Positions 8,088 through 17,784 of a DNA stretch of 64,000 nt are shown piece by piece; position 1 is the stretch's first letter; each line of letters opens with the position of its first letter. The translations under genes and the position numbers were made by a program. The notes beneath the pieces are model-generated. The model had not been told where the DNA came from and ran no database searches. It worked only from the letters and a program-made list of their open reading frames with translations. The DNA comes from Eubacteriales bacterium (GTDB taxonomy: Bacteria > Bacillota > Clostridia > Oscillospirales > RGIG577): contig JBMNPT010000005.1 in assembly GCA_050943735.1 (NCBI GenBank), forward strand, positions 4,209 to 68,208, given 5' to 3'.

Positions 8088-9701
8088 ATGAAGTTAAACA
8101 GAAAGGCACTGGCCGACTCTGCGGTCTGGGAAAAGGCAGGGTTCCGCCTGCCCCAGTATGACGTGGAGCGGATGGTGGAAGAAACCCGCAAAAATCCCAT
8201 GTGGCTGCACTTTGGCGCGGGCAACATTTTCCGTGCGTTTGTGGCCAATGTACAGCAGGAAGTGCTCAACGCAGGCAAGTCCGACCGGGGCATCATTGTG
8301 GCTGGAGGTCAGAATCACACCATCATTGACAAGGTGTACCGGGCCTATGACAATCTGTGCGCTCTGGTGACGCTGAAAGCTGATGGCAGCATCGAAAAAA
8401 CAGTGGTGGCCAGCCTGGCCGAGTCGGTGAAGGTGGATGACACCGATCCTTCCGAGTGGGGCCGGCTGCAGGAGATTTTCCGCAGTCCCTCTCTGCAGAT
8501 GATCAGCTTTACTATCACCGAAAAGGGCTATAGTTTGGTGGACGCGCAGGGCAACTATCAGGCTGCGGTGGCAGCCGATCTGGAAGCCGGCCCCAAGGCT
8601 CCTCAGAGTTATCTGGGACGTCTGGTGGCGCTGCTGTATGAACGGTACCTGGCTGGTCAGCTGCCTGTTTCTCTGGTGAGCATGGACAACTGCTCTCACA
8701 ACGGCACCAAACTGCATGATGCCGTGGTGACCTTTGCCCAGAGCTGGGAGGAAAAAGGTCTGGCGCAAAAGGGATTTGTGGCATATCTCAACGACCGCAG
8801 CAAAGTGGGATTCCCCTGGACTATGATCGACAAGATTACCCCCCGGCCTGACGCTTCGGTGAAGGCCATGCTGGCAGAGGTGGGCTTTGAGGATCTGGAG
8901 TGCGACGTGGCCAACAAGGACGTATATGCGCCCTTTGTCAACGCGGAAGAAGCCCAGTATCTGGTCATTGAGGACTGGTTCCCTGCCGGCCGTCCCCAGC
9001 TGGAAGCAGGCGGTGTGATGTTCACCGACGGCCCCACTGTGGACAAGGTGGAAAAAATGAAGGTGTGCACCTGTCTCAACCCGCTGCACACTGCATTGGC
9101 GGTGTATGGCTGTCTGTTGGGGTATGATCTCATCTCCAAGGAGATGCAGGATCCCCAGCTCAAGCGCATGGTGGAGATCATCGGATACCAGGAAGGTCTG
9201 CCTGTGGTGGTGAATCCCGGGATTCTGGACCCCAAGGAGTTCATTGACACTGTGCTGCAGGTCCGGATTCCCAATCCCTTTATGCCGGATACGCCTCAGA
9301 GAATTGCCACCGATACCTCTCAAAAATTGGGCATTCGTTTTGGCGAAACCATTAAGGCATACGCGGCAGATCCCAATCGGGATGTGAGCAGTCTGCGGAT
9401 GATTCCGCTGGTACAGGCGGGATGGTGCCGGTATCTGCTGGGAGTGGACGATGAAGGTAATGCCTTTACTCCTTCTTCCGATCCGCTGCTGGAGGAAAAT
9501 CAGAAGTATCTGGCTGGCATTAAGCTGGGAGATACGGGTGATTTCCACAATCAGCTACAGCCCATTTTGTCCAATGCCGCCATCTTTGGCGTAGATTTGT
9601 ATGAGGTGGGTCTGGGCAAAAAGGTAGAGGACTATTTTGCCGAGTTGGTAGCCGGAAAGGGTGCCATTCGGGCGACACTGAAGAAATATGTGGGCTGTTG
9701 A
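8088..9701 (+). CDS. uxuB: mannitol dehydrogenase family oxidoreductase (fructuronate reductase / D-mannonate oxidoreductase)
   Basis: 537 aa with the LHFGAGNIFRAF Rossmann motif, in uxu context. Confidence 0.88.
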   Translation: MKLNRKALADSAVWEKAGFRLPQYDVERMVEETRKNPMWLHFGAGNIFRAFVANVQQEVLNAGKSDRGIIVAGGQNHTIIDKVYRAYDNLCALVTLKADGSIEKTVVASLAESVKVDDTDPSEWGRLQEIFRSPSLQMISFTITEKGYSLVDAQGNYQAAVAADLEAGPKAPQSYLGRLVALLYERYLAGQLPVSLVSMDNCSHNGTKLHDAVVTFAQSWEEKGLAQKGFVAYLNDRSKVGFPWTMIDKITPRPDASVKAMLAEVGFEDLECDVANKDVYAPFVNAEEAQYLVIEDWFPAGRPQLEAGGVMFTDGPTVDKVEKMKVCTCLNPLHTALAVYGCLLGYDLISKEMQDPQLKRMVEIIGYQEGLPVVVNPGILDPKEFIDTVLQVRIPNPFMPDTPQRIATDTSQKLGIRFGETIKAYAADPNRDVSSLRMIPLVQAGWCRYLLGVDDEGNAFTPSSDPLLEENQKYLAGIKLGDTGDFHNQLQPILSNAAIFGVDLYEVGLGKKVEDYFAELVAGKGAIRATLKKYVGC

Positions 9702-9710
9702 CAGCAGCCT

Positions 9711-9743
9711 GAAAAAGGACCGGCAAAAGCCGGTCCTTTTTTG
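9711..9743 (+). terminator. intrinsic terminator after uxuB
   Basis: GGACCGG/CCGGTCC stem followed by T6. Confidence 0.7.
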
Positions 9744-9827
9744 TTTGGGGAAAATTGTGGAGAAGGGAAATTCATGGTATAATAAAACGGAATGAACCCG
9801 GGGAGCCGGAGAGTGCGGAGGAAACAT

Positions 9828-12227
9828 ATGAAGGCAATAATGGGAAAATTTCGAACCAAAAGCGGCTGTTTGGAGGCGTTTTTACTCTCACTGATCATGG
9901 CGATGGTGGTGTTTATCCCCTTTATCATTTATGGGAAGGGATACTTTGTCTATTACATTGATTTTAATGTACAGCAGCTTCCCTTCTATCAGATGTGCCA
10001 CGACGCGGTGCGCAGCGGAGACATTTTCTGGAACTGGCAGACCGATCTGGGAGCAAATTTCATCGGCTCTTATTCCTTCTACTTGTTGGGGAGCCCCTTC
10101 TTCTGGCTGACGCTGCCCTTTCCAAGTGATTGGGTACCACACCTGATGGCGCCCTTGCTGATGCTCAAAACCGCTTGCTGTGGTCTGACGTCCTATCTGT
10201 ATCTCAAACGGTTTGTGCGCCGGCGCAAATGGGCTTTGCTGGGCAGTGTACTCTATGCTTTCTGCGGTTTCAACGCCTGCAACATTGTATTCAATCACTT
10301 CCATGAGGCGGTGGTGATTTTCCCGCTGATGTTGGTGGCCATGGAGGAATTCATGCAGAATGGCCGGAGAGGGTGGTTTGCTCTGTCGGTCTGCGCCGCC
10401 GCGGTGATCAATTACTTTTTCTTTGCCGGACAGGCCATGTTTTTGGTGATTTATTTCTGTGTCCGGAGCTTTTCCAAAGACTTTGGCTTCACCTGGAAAA
10501 AATTTGGACTGCTGGCCTTTGAGGCAGTGGTGGGGACTCTGATGGCTTGTTTTATCCTGCTGCCTTCGGCGTTGGCGGTGGCGGACAACCCCCGGATGGA
10601 CTACTCGCTGTGGGGGATGCACATTTTTATGTACAGTCGGGTACAGCGTTACTTCCTCATTTTACAGGGGATGTTCTTCCCGGCGGACAACATCATGATG
10701 CCCAATCTCTTCCAGGACAGCGACGCGCATTTTTCCTCCGTTTCCCTTTATTTGCCCCTGTTTTCCATGGTGGGTGTGGCGGCCTTCTGGAACCGTTTCC
10801 GTCAGACCTGGCTCAAACGCCTGCTGATGATCTGTCTGGTGATGGCCATGGTGCCCGCTCTCAACAGCTTTTTCTTTGCCTTTAACGGCAGTTACTATGC
10901 CCGGTGGTTTTACATGCCCACGCTGATGATGGCGCTGGCCACTGTCATCGCGCTGGAGCATCGGGATGTCTCTCTGCGGGACGGACTGTTGTTTACCGGT
11001 TTGGGCATTTTGTTCTTCGTGTGGATGGGCATTGCTCCCACCTATGTGGAGGAGGAACTCAAGTGGTTTGCCATGCCCAAGGACCCCGCCCGGTATTGGG
11101 GGCAGATGGCCTTTGGCATTGTGGGCTGGTTGTTGGTAGCAGGTCTGGAGCTGGGCTGGGGCCGACGATTGGGCAGCTTTTACCAGCGGTGTATGGCCGG
11201 TACGGTGGTGATGAGTATTGCCTTCACCATTGTAACAGTGGCCATCGGCACGTCCGGAGGCGCTTCCAATGAATGGGATTTGACGGTGAAGCAGGGGATT
11301 TACGGCGGAGAGAGAATCCAGCTGGATGACAGTCAGTTTTTCCGCATTGATACCGTAGGGCTGAAAGACAATATGAACATGTGGTGGGACTTCTCCAGTA
11401 TGGAGTGTTTCCACTCGGTGGTGCCCGGTTCCATCATGTCCTATTATGACGCCATCGGCTATGACCGGGGCGTAGGCAGCCGGGCTGAGCCCAGCTACAA
11501 TGGTGTGCGGGGACTGACCAGCGTGCGGTATCTATTCTGTACCGACGAAAAAGAAGAAGAAGTGGCCCAAATGTATGGCTTTTCCAAGCGGACCAATCAG
11601 AACGGCTACAATGTATACGAAAATGATTATTTTATTCCCATGGGCTTTACCTATGACCAGTGTATGACCGAAGAAACCCTGGAGACTTACAACACCGGTT
11701 CTCGGGATAAGGTGATGCTGGGGGCGCTGGTGTTGGCCGAGGAAGACTGTGCCAAATACCAGGATCTGTTGGAACTGGCCGGTGAAAATGAGATAGATAC
11801 CAGTGAAGAGGGATATCTGGCCAACTGTGAAGCCCGACGGGCGGAGAGTGGATATGACTTTTCCTATGACAAGCATGGGTTTACCTCCCGTATTCAGTTG
11901 GAAGAGGACAATCTGGTCTTTTACTCGGTACCCTGGGAAGCTGGGTGGAGCGTCACTGTCAACGGAGAGCCTGCCGAAGTGGTGCGCGCCAACATTGGTT
12001 TTATGGCGGTCAAGGCGCCGGCAGGGGACAATGAAATCCGTTTCACCTACAAAACACCGGGGCTGAGCACAGGCATCTGGATTTCGCTGGGCGGCACTTT
12101 AGTCTTGCTGTTTTATCTGTGGGGCGTGCAGCTTCTGCGCAAACGGTATCCCCGTACCTTCCGGGTGAAGCGGGGCGATCCCGGCAGCTGGCGGGAATTC
12201 TATGATGAGCAGGACCAGCTGCGATAA
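9828..12227 (+). CDS. YfhO family membrane protein (putative glycosyl transferase of surface polymers)
   Basis: About 800 aa with many N-terminal TM segments and a large C-terminal extracytoplasmic part. RBS GGAGGAAACAT precedes the ATG at 9828. Confidence 0.8.
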   Translation: MKAIMGKFRTKSGCLEAFLLSLIMAMVVFIPFIIYGKGYFVYYIDFNVQQLPFYQMCHDAVRSGDIFWNWQTDLGANFIGSYSFYLLGSPFFWLTLPFPSDWVPHLMAPLLMLKTACCGLTSYLYLKRFVRRRKWALLGSVLYAFCGFNACNIVFNHFHEAVVIFPLMLVAMEEFMQNGRRGWFALSVCAAAVINYFFFAGQAMFLVIYFCVRSFSKDFGFTWKKFGLLAFEAVVGTLMACFILLPSALAVADNPRMDYSLWGMHIFMYSRVQRYFLILQGMFFPADNIMMPNLFQDSDAHFSSVSLYLPLFSMVGVAAFWNRFRQTWLKRLLMICLVMAMVPALNSFFFAFNGSYYARWFYMPTLMMALATVIALEHRDVSLRDGLLFTGLGILFFVWMGIAPTYVEEELKWFAMPKDPARYWGQMAFGIVGWLLVAGLELGWGRRLGSFYQRCMAGTVVMSIAFTIVTVAIGTSGGASNEWDLTVKQGIYGGERIQLDDSQFFRIDTVGLKDNMNMWWDFSSMECFHSVVPGSIMSYYDAIGYDRGVGSRAEPSYNGVRGLTSVRYLFCTDEKEEEVAQMYGFSKRTNQNGYNVYENDYFIPMGFTYDQCMTEETLETYNTGSRDKVMLGALVLAEEDCAKYQDLLELAGENEIDTSEEGYLANCEARRAESGYDFSYDKHGFTSRIQLEEDNLVFYSVPWEAGWSVTVNGEPAEVVRANIGFMAVKAPAGDNEIRFTYKTPGLSTGIWISLGGTLVLLFYLWGVQLLRKRYPRTFRVKRGDPGSWREFYDEQDQLR

Positions 12228-12232
12228 AGAGT

Positions 12233-12272
12233 AAAAAAAGAGCGTGTACAAAAGTACACGCTCTTTGCTTTT
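12233..12272. terminator. bidirectional terminator between convergent genes
   Basis: GAGCGTGTAC/GTACACGCTC stem flanked by an A-run and a T-rich run. Confidence 0.7.
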
Positions 12273-12279
12273 GGGGGGA

Positions 12280-13467
12280 TCAGCCTTGCAGGATGCCACT
12301 TTCTTTGATGGATGCGATGGCATAGCGCATATCTTCTTCATCCTGCACCAGCGCCATGCGGACGTGGCCTTCGCCCTCGGGGCCAAAGGCACTGCCGGGA
12401 GTGACCAGCACACCGGTGCGGTCCAGCAGATCCAGCACAAACTGGGTGGAATCGGTGTATCCAGCAGGGAGAGGGGCCCACACAAACATGGTGGCTTTGG
12501 GTTTTTCCATCTGCCAGCCGATGGAGCACAGGCCTTCCACCAGCACATCCCGCCGGCGCTGATAAGCCAGCCGAGTGGTTTCCACACATTCCTGAGGACC
12601 GGTGATGGCGGCGATGGCGGCTTTTTGCACCGGCAGGAACATACCATAGTCCATGTTGGATTTGAGGGTGCGGAGTTTGGAGATGACTTCCCGGTTGCCC
12701 AGAGCAAATCCGATACGGGCACCGGCTAAACCATAGGTCTTGGAGAGAGAGTTGAACTCCACGCCCACCTCCATGGCACCGGGATAGGCCAGGAAACTTC
12801 CGCAGCGCAGACCGTCATAACTCAGCTCGCTGTAGGCGTTGTCGTGCAGAATGATCACATCATGCCGGCGGCCGAACTCCACCAGTTTTTCGTAGAAAGC
12901 CGCAGGTGCCACGCTGGTGACCGGGTTGTTGGGATAGGACACGATCATTAGTTTGGCCCGGTCTGCCACTTCATCAGGGATGGCGTCCAGGTCGATGATC
13001 CCATCATTTTCGGCTTTTTGGGGCATACGGTACAGGTTGGCTCCTGCCAGCAGAGGGCCATCGCTGAACACCGGATATCCGGGATCGGGTACCAGCACGG
13101 TGTCGCCCGGGTCCACGATGGAAAGGGCAATATGAGCCAGACCATCCTGAGAACCCAGCAGCGATACCACCTGATCGGTCTCCAGCTCCACCTGATACCG
13201 GCGGTGATACCATTGGGTCACCGCTTCCAGCAGCTCCTGGGTATCCTGGATGGCGTATACATAGTTTTCGGGTTTGGCAGCCGCCTCACACAGCGCCTGC
13301 ATGATATGGGGAGCAGGGGGAATGTTGGGGGTGCCCACGCTCAGGTCGATCACCCGTCCGCCCGCTGCCAGCCGGGCCTGTTTTTTATCGGCCAGCACAC
13401 TGAATATGCCCGGCCCGAAAGAGTCCATTCTCTTGGAAAATTGCACGTTGATTGCCTCCTTTTTCAT
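12280..13467 (-). CDS. PLP-dependent aminotransferase, class I/II
   Basis: FNSLSKTYGLAGARIG (PLP-lysine motif), about 395 aa. Start chosen at MKKEAINVQF with RBS AAAAGGAGG. Confidence 0.88.
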   Translation of the reverse strand: MKKEAINVQFSKRMDSFGPGIFSVLADKKQARLAAGGRVIDLSVGTPNIPPAPHIMQALCEAAAKPENYVYAIQDTQELLEAVTQWYHRRYQVELETDQVVSLLGSQDGLAHIALSIVDPGDTVLVPDPGYPVFSDGPLLAGANLYRMPQKAENDGIIDLDAIPDEVADRAKLMIVSYPNNPVTSVAPAAFYEKLVEFGRRHDVIILHDNAYSELSYDGLRCGSFLAYPGAMEVGVEFNSLSKTYGLAGARIGFALGNREVISKLRTLKSNMDYGMFLPVQKAAIAAITGPQECVETTRLAYQRRRDVLVEGLCSIGWQMEKPKATMFVWAPLPAGYTDSTQFVLDLLDRTGVLVTPGSAFGPEGEGHVRMALVQDEEDMRYAIASIKESGILQG

Positions 13468-13579
13468 ACTTTCTCTATTGTAGCACAGCGGGGACCAAAA
13501 CAAAAGAGGACAGAGGGGATTTTTGCCGAAACGCTTGCTCTTGTGTCAAAATGGGCGTATAATGAAAAAGCAAAAACAA

Positions 13580-13677
13580 GCAGAGTAGACAGCAGCGCGT
13601 AAAGTGCCGGCGGGACGGGGAGTTGCCAGCCGGACGAAAAGCCTTTGGCTTGCGGTGCGGCTGTCGCATCCCGCTGC
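13580..13677 (+). promoter_or_regulatory. THF (tetrahydrofolate) riboswitch, folT motif
   Basis: GCAGAGUAGACAGCAGCGCGUAAAGUGCCGGCGGGACGGGGAG...GCCGGACGAAAAGC...GCGGUGCGGCUGUCGCAUCCGCUGC. By my recollection of the E. siraeum THF aptamer, it aligns block for block (AGAGUAG, CGCGU.AAGUG, GGGA, ACGAA, GCGGUG, GCAUCCGCU). It lies upstream of folT. Confidence 0.85.
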
Positions 13678-13735
13678 TACACAATAGAGGGCGTGACCTT
13701 CTAAAATGTAGCAACAATTTTAGGAGGTATTTTTT

Positions 13736-14290
13736 ATGCGCAAAATTTGGGAATCATTTCGTCTGTCTGCCGCGGAGCTGCACAATGTGCGCTCTCTGGC
13801 CTCGGTAGCGGTACTCATTGCCGTCAATCTGGCACTGAGCAAGGTGAATGTGTACATCACTCCCGAAGAACGGGTGAGCGTCAGCTTTTTGGCCACCGCC
13901 TGCATTGGCATGCTCTTCGGTCCAGTGATGGGGATGTCCGCCGGTTTTGTGTGTGACATTGTGAGCTTTATCAGCAATCCTCAGCCGGCACCCTATTTTC
14001 CGGGGTATACCATTACCGCCATGATGGGCGGTCTGCTGTACGGGCTGTGTTTGTACCGCCGGGAGCTCACCACCTGGCGAGCCTTCGCCGCGGTGATCAG
14101 TGTCAGCCTGATCTGTAACATCTGTCTCAACTCTCTTTGGTCTTCCATTTTGTATGCCAAGGCCATTTATCTTCTGCTGCCCGTGAAAATCATCAAGAAT
14201 TTGCTGCTGCTGCCCTTCAAAGCGCTGCTGCTGTATACGGTGTGCAGCCAGGTACAGACGCTGTACCAACGGGTACGGGCTCGTCTGTAA
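13736..14290 (+). CDS. folT: folate-family ECF transporter S component
   Basis: 184 aa with about 5-6 TM segments and FolT-like sequence. It is preceded by a THF riboswitch and a CTAAAAT/ATTTTAG hairpin abutting the RBS. Confidence 0.85.
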   Translation: MRKIWESFRLSAAELHNVRSLASVAVLIAVNLALSKVNVYITPEERVSVSFLATACIGMLFGPVMGMSAGFVCDIVSFISNPQPAPYFPGYTITAMMGGLLYGLCLYRRELTTWRAFAAVISVSLICNICLNSLWSSILYAKAIYLLLPVKIIKNLLLLPFKALLLYTVCSQVQTLYQRVRARL

Positions 14291-14294
14291 ATAG

Positions 14295-14330
14295 GAAAAA
14301 ACCGCATGCGATTACGCATGCGGTTTTTTG
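14295..14330 (+). terminator. intrinsic terminator after folT
   Basis: ACCGCATGCG/CGCATGCGGT stem followed by T5. Confidence 0.8.
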
Positions 14331-14499
14331 ATACGGTGAAAAATTGCAAATGGCACAGCAAATCGTTGAGAAAATCATTAGAAGCTGTATAATATGTCCA
14401 AATATAGATTGATTCTAAGTGCATTAGGTGTTATAATACAGTTAGGTTTTATTGGGCGGATATTTACCGCAAGGGATACAGCAAAGGAGTGAACGAAAG

Positions 14500-16143
14500 A
14501 TGAAAAGACGCAGAATTGCCGCCATGGCAGCCTGCCTCACCAGCGCAGCCATGCTGATGCAGGTGACAGCCATCAACTACTGGGACGAATGGGGCCCAAT
14601 GGAAAACTGGACTGACGAACAGTGGGCACAGAGCGACAAGTGGAGCGAGGCCCAGTGGGAGGAATACTGGGCGTACGAAGAGGCCGCTTGGGATTTGGAA
14701 ATGAAGAAGGAAGAGGGCCTGACCAATCTGGACGGCATCAATGTACTGCTCAACGGAACTTATCTGGAGTTCGCTGATGCAGAGCCGGTGAATCGGGACG
14801 GCCGGGTGATGCTGCCCTTCCGTACAGTGTTTGAGGCGCTGGAAGCAGATGAGGTCAGTTTTGACCCCGCTACTAAGACAGTGAAGGCACTGTGGGGAAA
14901 TGAGGTGGACAAAACCATCACCATGACCATTGGCAGTACCACTGCTCTGGTGGAGGCCGGTGGGGGAGAGCCGGAAAAACTGGAAATGGATGTGGCCCCC
15001 TATATTGACGCTGCCACCGGACGTACGATGATTCCAGTGCGGTTTGTATCCGAAGCGGCGGGCTGTGATGTCTATTGGAACAGCAATGTAGATGTGGTGA
15101 ACATCATCGACCGGCAGGCGCTGGTGGACTGGATGGACAGCAATCTCACCATTTACAACCGGGCCATGAAGGTATCTGTGGAAGAGCTGGAAGCCAAATA
15201 CCGTACCGTTTCCGATATGGAGCTGGCCGCCAGTCTGTACACCGACGACGGAGAGGATTCCATTCGCCTGTGGGGCAATGCCGAGGTATTGAGCCAGGGC
15301 GTTAATATGAGTGCCACCGGTAAGTTGGGACTGGATACCACTGAGGTGGATGATAGCCTGCTGGTGAATCTGCCCGAGGAAATTCGCACCATATTGGAAC
15401 AGGTAAAGGAGATCCCCTTTGCTTTCATTCTCAATGGGGATGAGGGAGCCATGTACTTCCAGTCTTCTATCCTGAAGCAGCTGGATCCTTCCATGGATGA
15501 AAACACCTGGCTGGAGTATCAGGACCCCATGATGAAAAGTATGTTGAGCTCTACAATGGAAATGCTCAAAGGCGGCAATCTGACCCTGGGCAATTTGATG
15601 TATGACAGCCTGTGGGAAAACCGCGAGATGCTCTACGGCTATGACAATGTATACGACCAAATGAAAGAAGTGGGCGGTATCCTGCATGCCATGATGGGGG
15701 ATGACGGCTTCCGCAAGTCGGGCAATTCCTATGTGATGGAGCTGGATACCCTGGGATTGATGAAGCGGATCACCCAGTATGCCGGAGGTTCCATGGAAGG
15801 AATGTCCTTGGATGAGATGATGGCACAGCTTCAGAACATCCCCAATATGAAATATCGCCTGGCTCTTTCCTTTAACGGGGATGTGCTCAACAAGATTGAG
15901 ATGGGCTTCAATGTCAATATTGACAATATTGAAGTACCCACTGAAATTTACTTCACCCTGCAGGGTGACCGGATGAACGCCAAGATGGAAATGGGTGTGA
16001 AGGGCCGCTATATTGGCAAAATCACCGCCACTATGAACAGCCGGGCCTATGAAACTTCTCAGGAGCCTCTTCAGGTTGTTCCTGACGGCGATCCGGTAGT
16101 TCCCATCAACGGAATGATTCCCACTGTAATCCCCATGGCTTGA
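14500..16143 (+). CDS. secreted protein with a copper-amine-oxidase N-terminal-like (stalk) domain
   Basis: Signal peptide MKRRRIAAMAACLTSAAMLMQ. A Trp/Glu-rich segment follows, then INVLLNGTYLEFADAEPVNRDGRVMLPFRTVFEAL, typical of the stalk domain. Confidence 0.7.
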   Translation: MKRRRIAAMAACLTSAAMLMQVTAINYWDEWGPMENWTDEQWAQSDKWSEAQWEEYWAYEEAAWDLEMKKEEGLTNLDGINVLLNGTYLEFADAEPVNRDGRVMLPFRTVFEALEADEVSFDPATKTVKALWGNEVDKTITMTIGSTTALVEAGGGEPEKLEMDVAPYIDAATGRTMIPVRFVSEAAGCDVYWNSNVDVVNIIDRQALVDWMDSNLTIYNRAMKVSVEELEAKYRTVSDMELAASLYTDDGEDSIRLWGNAEVLSQGVNMSATGKLGLDTTEVDDSLLVNLPEEIRTILEQVKEIPFAFILNGDEGAMYFQSSILKQLDPSMDENTWLEYQDPMMKSMLSSTMEMLKGGNLTLGNLMYDSLWENREMLYGYDNVYDQMKEVGGILHAMMGDDGFRKSGNSYVMELDTLGLMKRITQYAGGSMEGMSLDEMMAQLQNIPNMKYRLALSFNGDVLNKIEMGFNVNIDNIEVPTEIYFTLQGDRMNAKMEMGVKGRYIGKITATMNSRAYETSQEPLQVVPDGDPVVPINGMIPTVIPMA

Positions 16144-16227
16144 ATTCCATAATAAAATCGGGCAAAACAGTTGACAAATACCTGAAAAATGTGTATTATA
16201 AATGAGCGTTGTTTCAAACGCTCAAAT

Positions 16228-16301
16228 TGCCCGATTGTGTAATGGTAGCACAGCAGACTCTGACTCTGTCAGTCTGGGTTCGAATCCTAGTCGGGCAGCC
16301 A
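16228..16301 (+). tRNA. tRNA-Gln (anticodon CTG)
   Basis: Hand-folded cloverleaf with acceptor TGCCCGA/TCGGGCA, anticodon loop CTCTGAC, T-arm CTGGG-TTCGAAT-CCTAG and an encoded CCA. Confidence 0.9.
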
Positions 16302-16303
16302 GT

Positions 16304-16338
16304 AAAACCGACCTGTTGGTAAACAGGTCGGTTTTTTA
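16304..16338 (+). terminator. intrinsic terminator after tRNA-Gln
   Basis: AACCGACCTGTT/AACAGGTCGGTT stem followed by T6. Confidence 0.8.
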
Positions 16339-16575
16339 TTTTGTTTTATAATATCCATGACAATGCGTCTATGGGCAGTTTGAAAAAATGTGTGAGAAAT
16401 AGTCGGGAAAGTTTTGGCAAGAATACTGAACTTTGTCGAAACACTATATTTGGGGGTTGAAACCTGCCCAAAATATGATATGATGAGGGTGCGACGATAT
16501 TCCGTCGACGGTAGACGGAAGGTGCCCGAGGGGAGCACCTGCAACAAACAACAAGAAAAAAAGGAGAGGAACGAC

Positions 16576-17646
16576 ATGAAGAAGATGTGGAAAGCCCTGG
16601 CTTTGACCCTGGCACTCAGTCTGATGACAGCAGTGGCTGGCTGTGGTTCGGAGGGAGATACCAGCACCAGTACTGGTTCCGATACTTCTACCAGCACCTC
16701 TGGCACTGAAGGCAAGCTGAGAGTGGCTCTGCTGCTGCCCGGCTCCCTGAACGACGGCGGCTGGAATGCCAACGCTTATGCAGGTCTGAAGGATCTGGAA
16801 GCGGAAGGGTACGAAGTGGCTTTCACTGAAAATATTGCCATCGCAGGCATTGAAGAGGCCATGCGGAACTACGCATTTGAAGGATATGACCTGGTCATTG
16901 GTCATGGCGCTGAATTTGGCGAGCCTGCCATGCGTGTGGCCCCCGAGTTCCCCGATGTGAAATTCTTCGTTTCTGGTAAAATGCCTGACGGTGTGGAAGA
17001 GGCTGATTTGCCTGAAAACACCGGATTCATGGACATGCGTGAATATGAAGCTGCCTATCTGGCCGGTATCGTGGCTGGTGGCATGACCGAAAGCAACATC
17101 ATCGGTTATGTGGCCGGTCTGGAGATTCCCTCTCAGCTGTCCGATATGGCTGGTTTCGTACAGGGTGTGGCTGCCTCCAATCCTGAAGCCAAGGTATATG
17201 GTGTGGTGACTGGTACTTTTGAAGATCCGGCCAAGGGCAAGGAAGCCGCAACCGCTCAGATCGATATGGGCGCTGACATCATTTGCCAGTCTGCTGACTC
17301 CACCGGCATGGGCGCCATTGAAGCTTGTCTGGAAAACAATGTGAAGCTCATCGGCTATGGCGGTGACCAGTATGAAATGGCCCCCGATCTGATGATGACC
17401 TGCTTCATCACCGACAACCAGAAGGTGGTAAGCTCTCAGGCCAAGCTCATTGAAGATGGCACTTTCGGCGGCCTGTGGGAGCCCGGTGTGGCTGAGGGTA
17501 TCTGCTATATCTCTGATTTCCATAACTTTGAGGATCAGATTCCCCAGGAAATCAAAGACATGGTGAATCAGGCCATTGAAGATATGAAGAGTGGCAAGGA
17601 AGTAGTGAAGTATACCACTGACAGAATCGACGAAAAGCTGGGCTAA
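16576..17646 (+). CDS. BMP-family ABC transporter substrate-binding lipoprotein (nucleoside/purine type)
   Basis: Lipobox LMTAVAGC with an S/T-rich linker, then BMP/PnrA-like sequence (LLLPGSLNDGGWN). ATG 16576 follows RBS AAGGAGAGG. Confidence 0.88.
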   Translation: MKKMWKALALTLALSLMTAVAGCGSEGDTSTSTGSDTSTSTSGTEGKLRVALLLPGSLNDGGWNANAYAGLKDLEAEGYEVAFTENIAIAGIEEAMRNYAFEGYDLVIGHGAEFGEPAMRVAPEFPDVKFFVSGKMPDGVEEADLPENTGFMDMREYEAAYLAGIVAGGMTESNIIGYVAGLEIPSQLSDMAGFVQGVAASNPEAKVYGVVTGTFEDPAKGKEAATAQIDMGADIICQSADSTGMGAIEACLENNVKLIGYGGDQYEMAPDLMMTCFITDNQKVVSSQAKLIEDGTFGGLWEPGVAEGICYISDFHNFEDQIPQEIKDMVNQAIEDMKSGKEVVKYTTDRIDEKLG

Positions 17647-17784
17647 TGCCATTTGATTGTCGGTCCGTAACAGCATAGAATGAAAATTCACAATCCGGGA
17701 CGTGTTATGATGCGCCCCGGATTGTAGTGTGTGACCCCTTTTTATTGGAAAAGACCATTTGCGCGGAAAAGAGGAGGTAGCAGG

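Noticed and set aside
10547-11414. Overlapping alternative-frame ORFs inside the YfhO gene (10547-10885 on the plus strand, 10662-11414 on the minus strand, 10904-11272 on the plus strand).
   Set aside because: They lie inside a long, continuous, well-supported membrane-protein ORF. Their products are Gly/His/Arg-rich frame artefacts.
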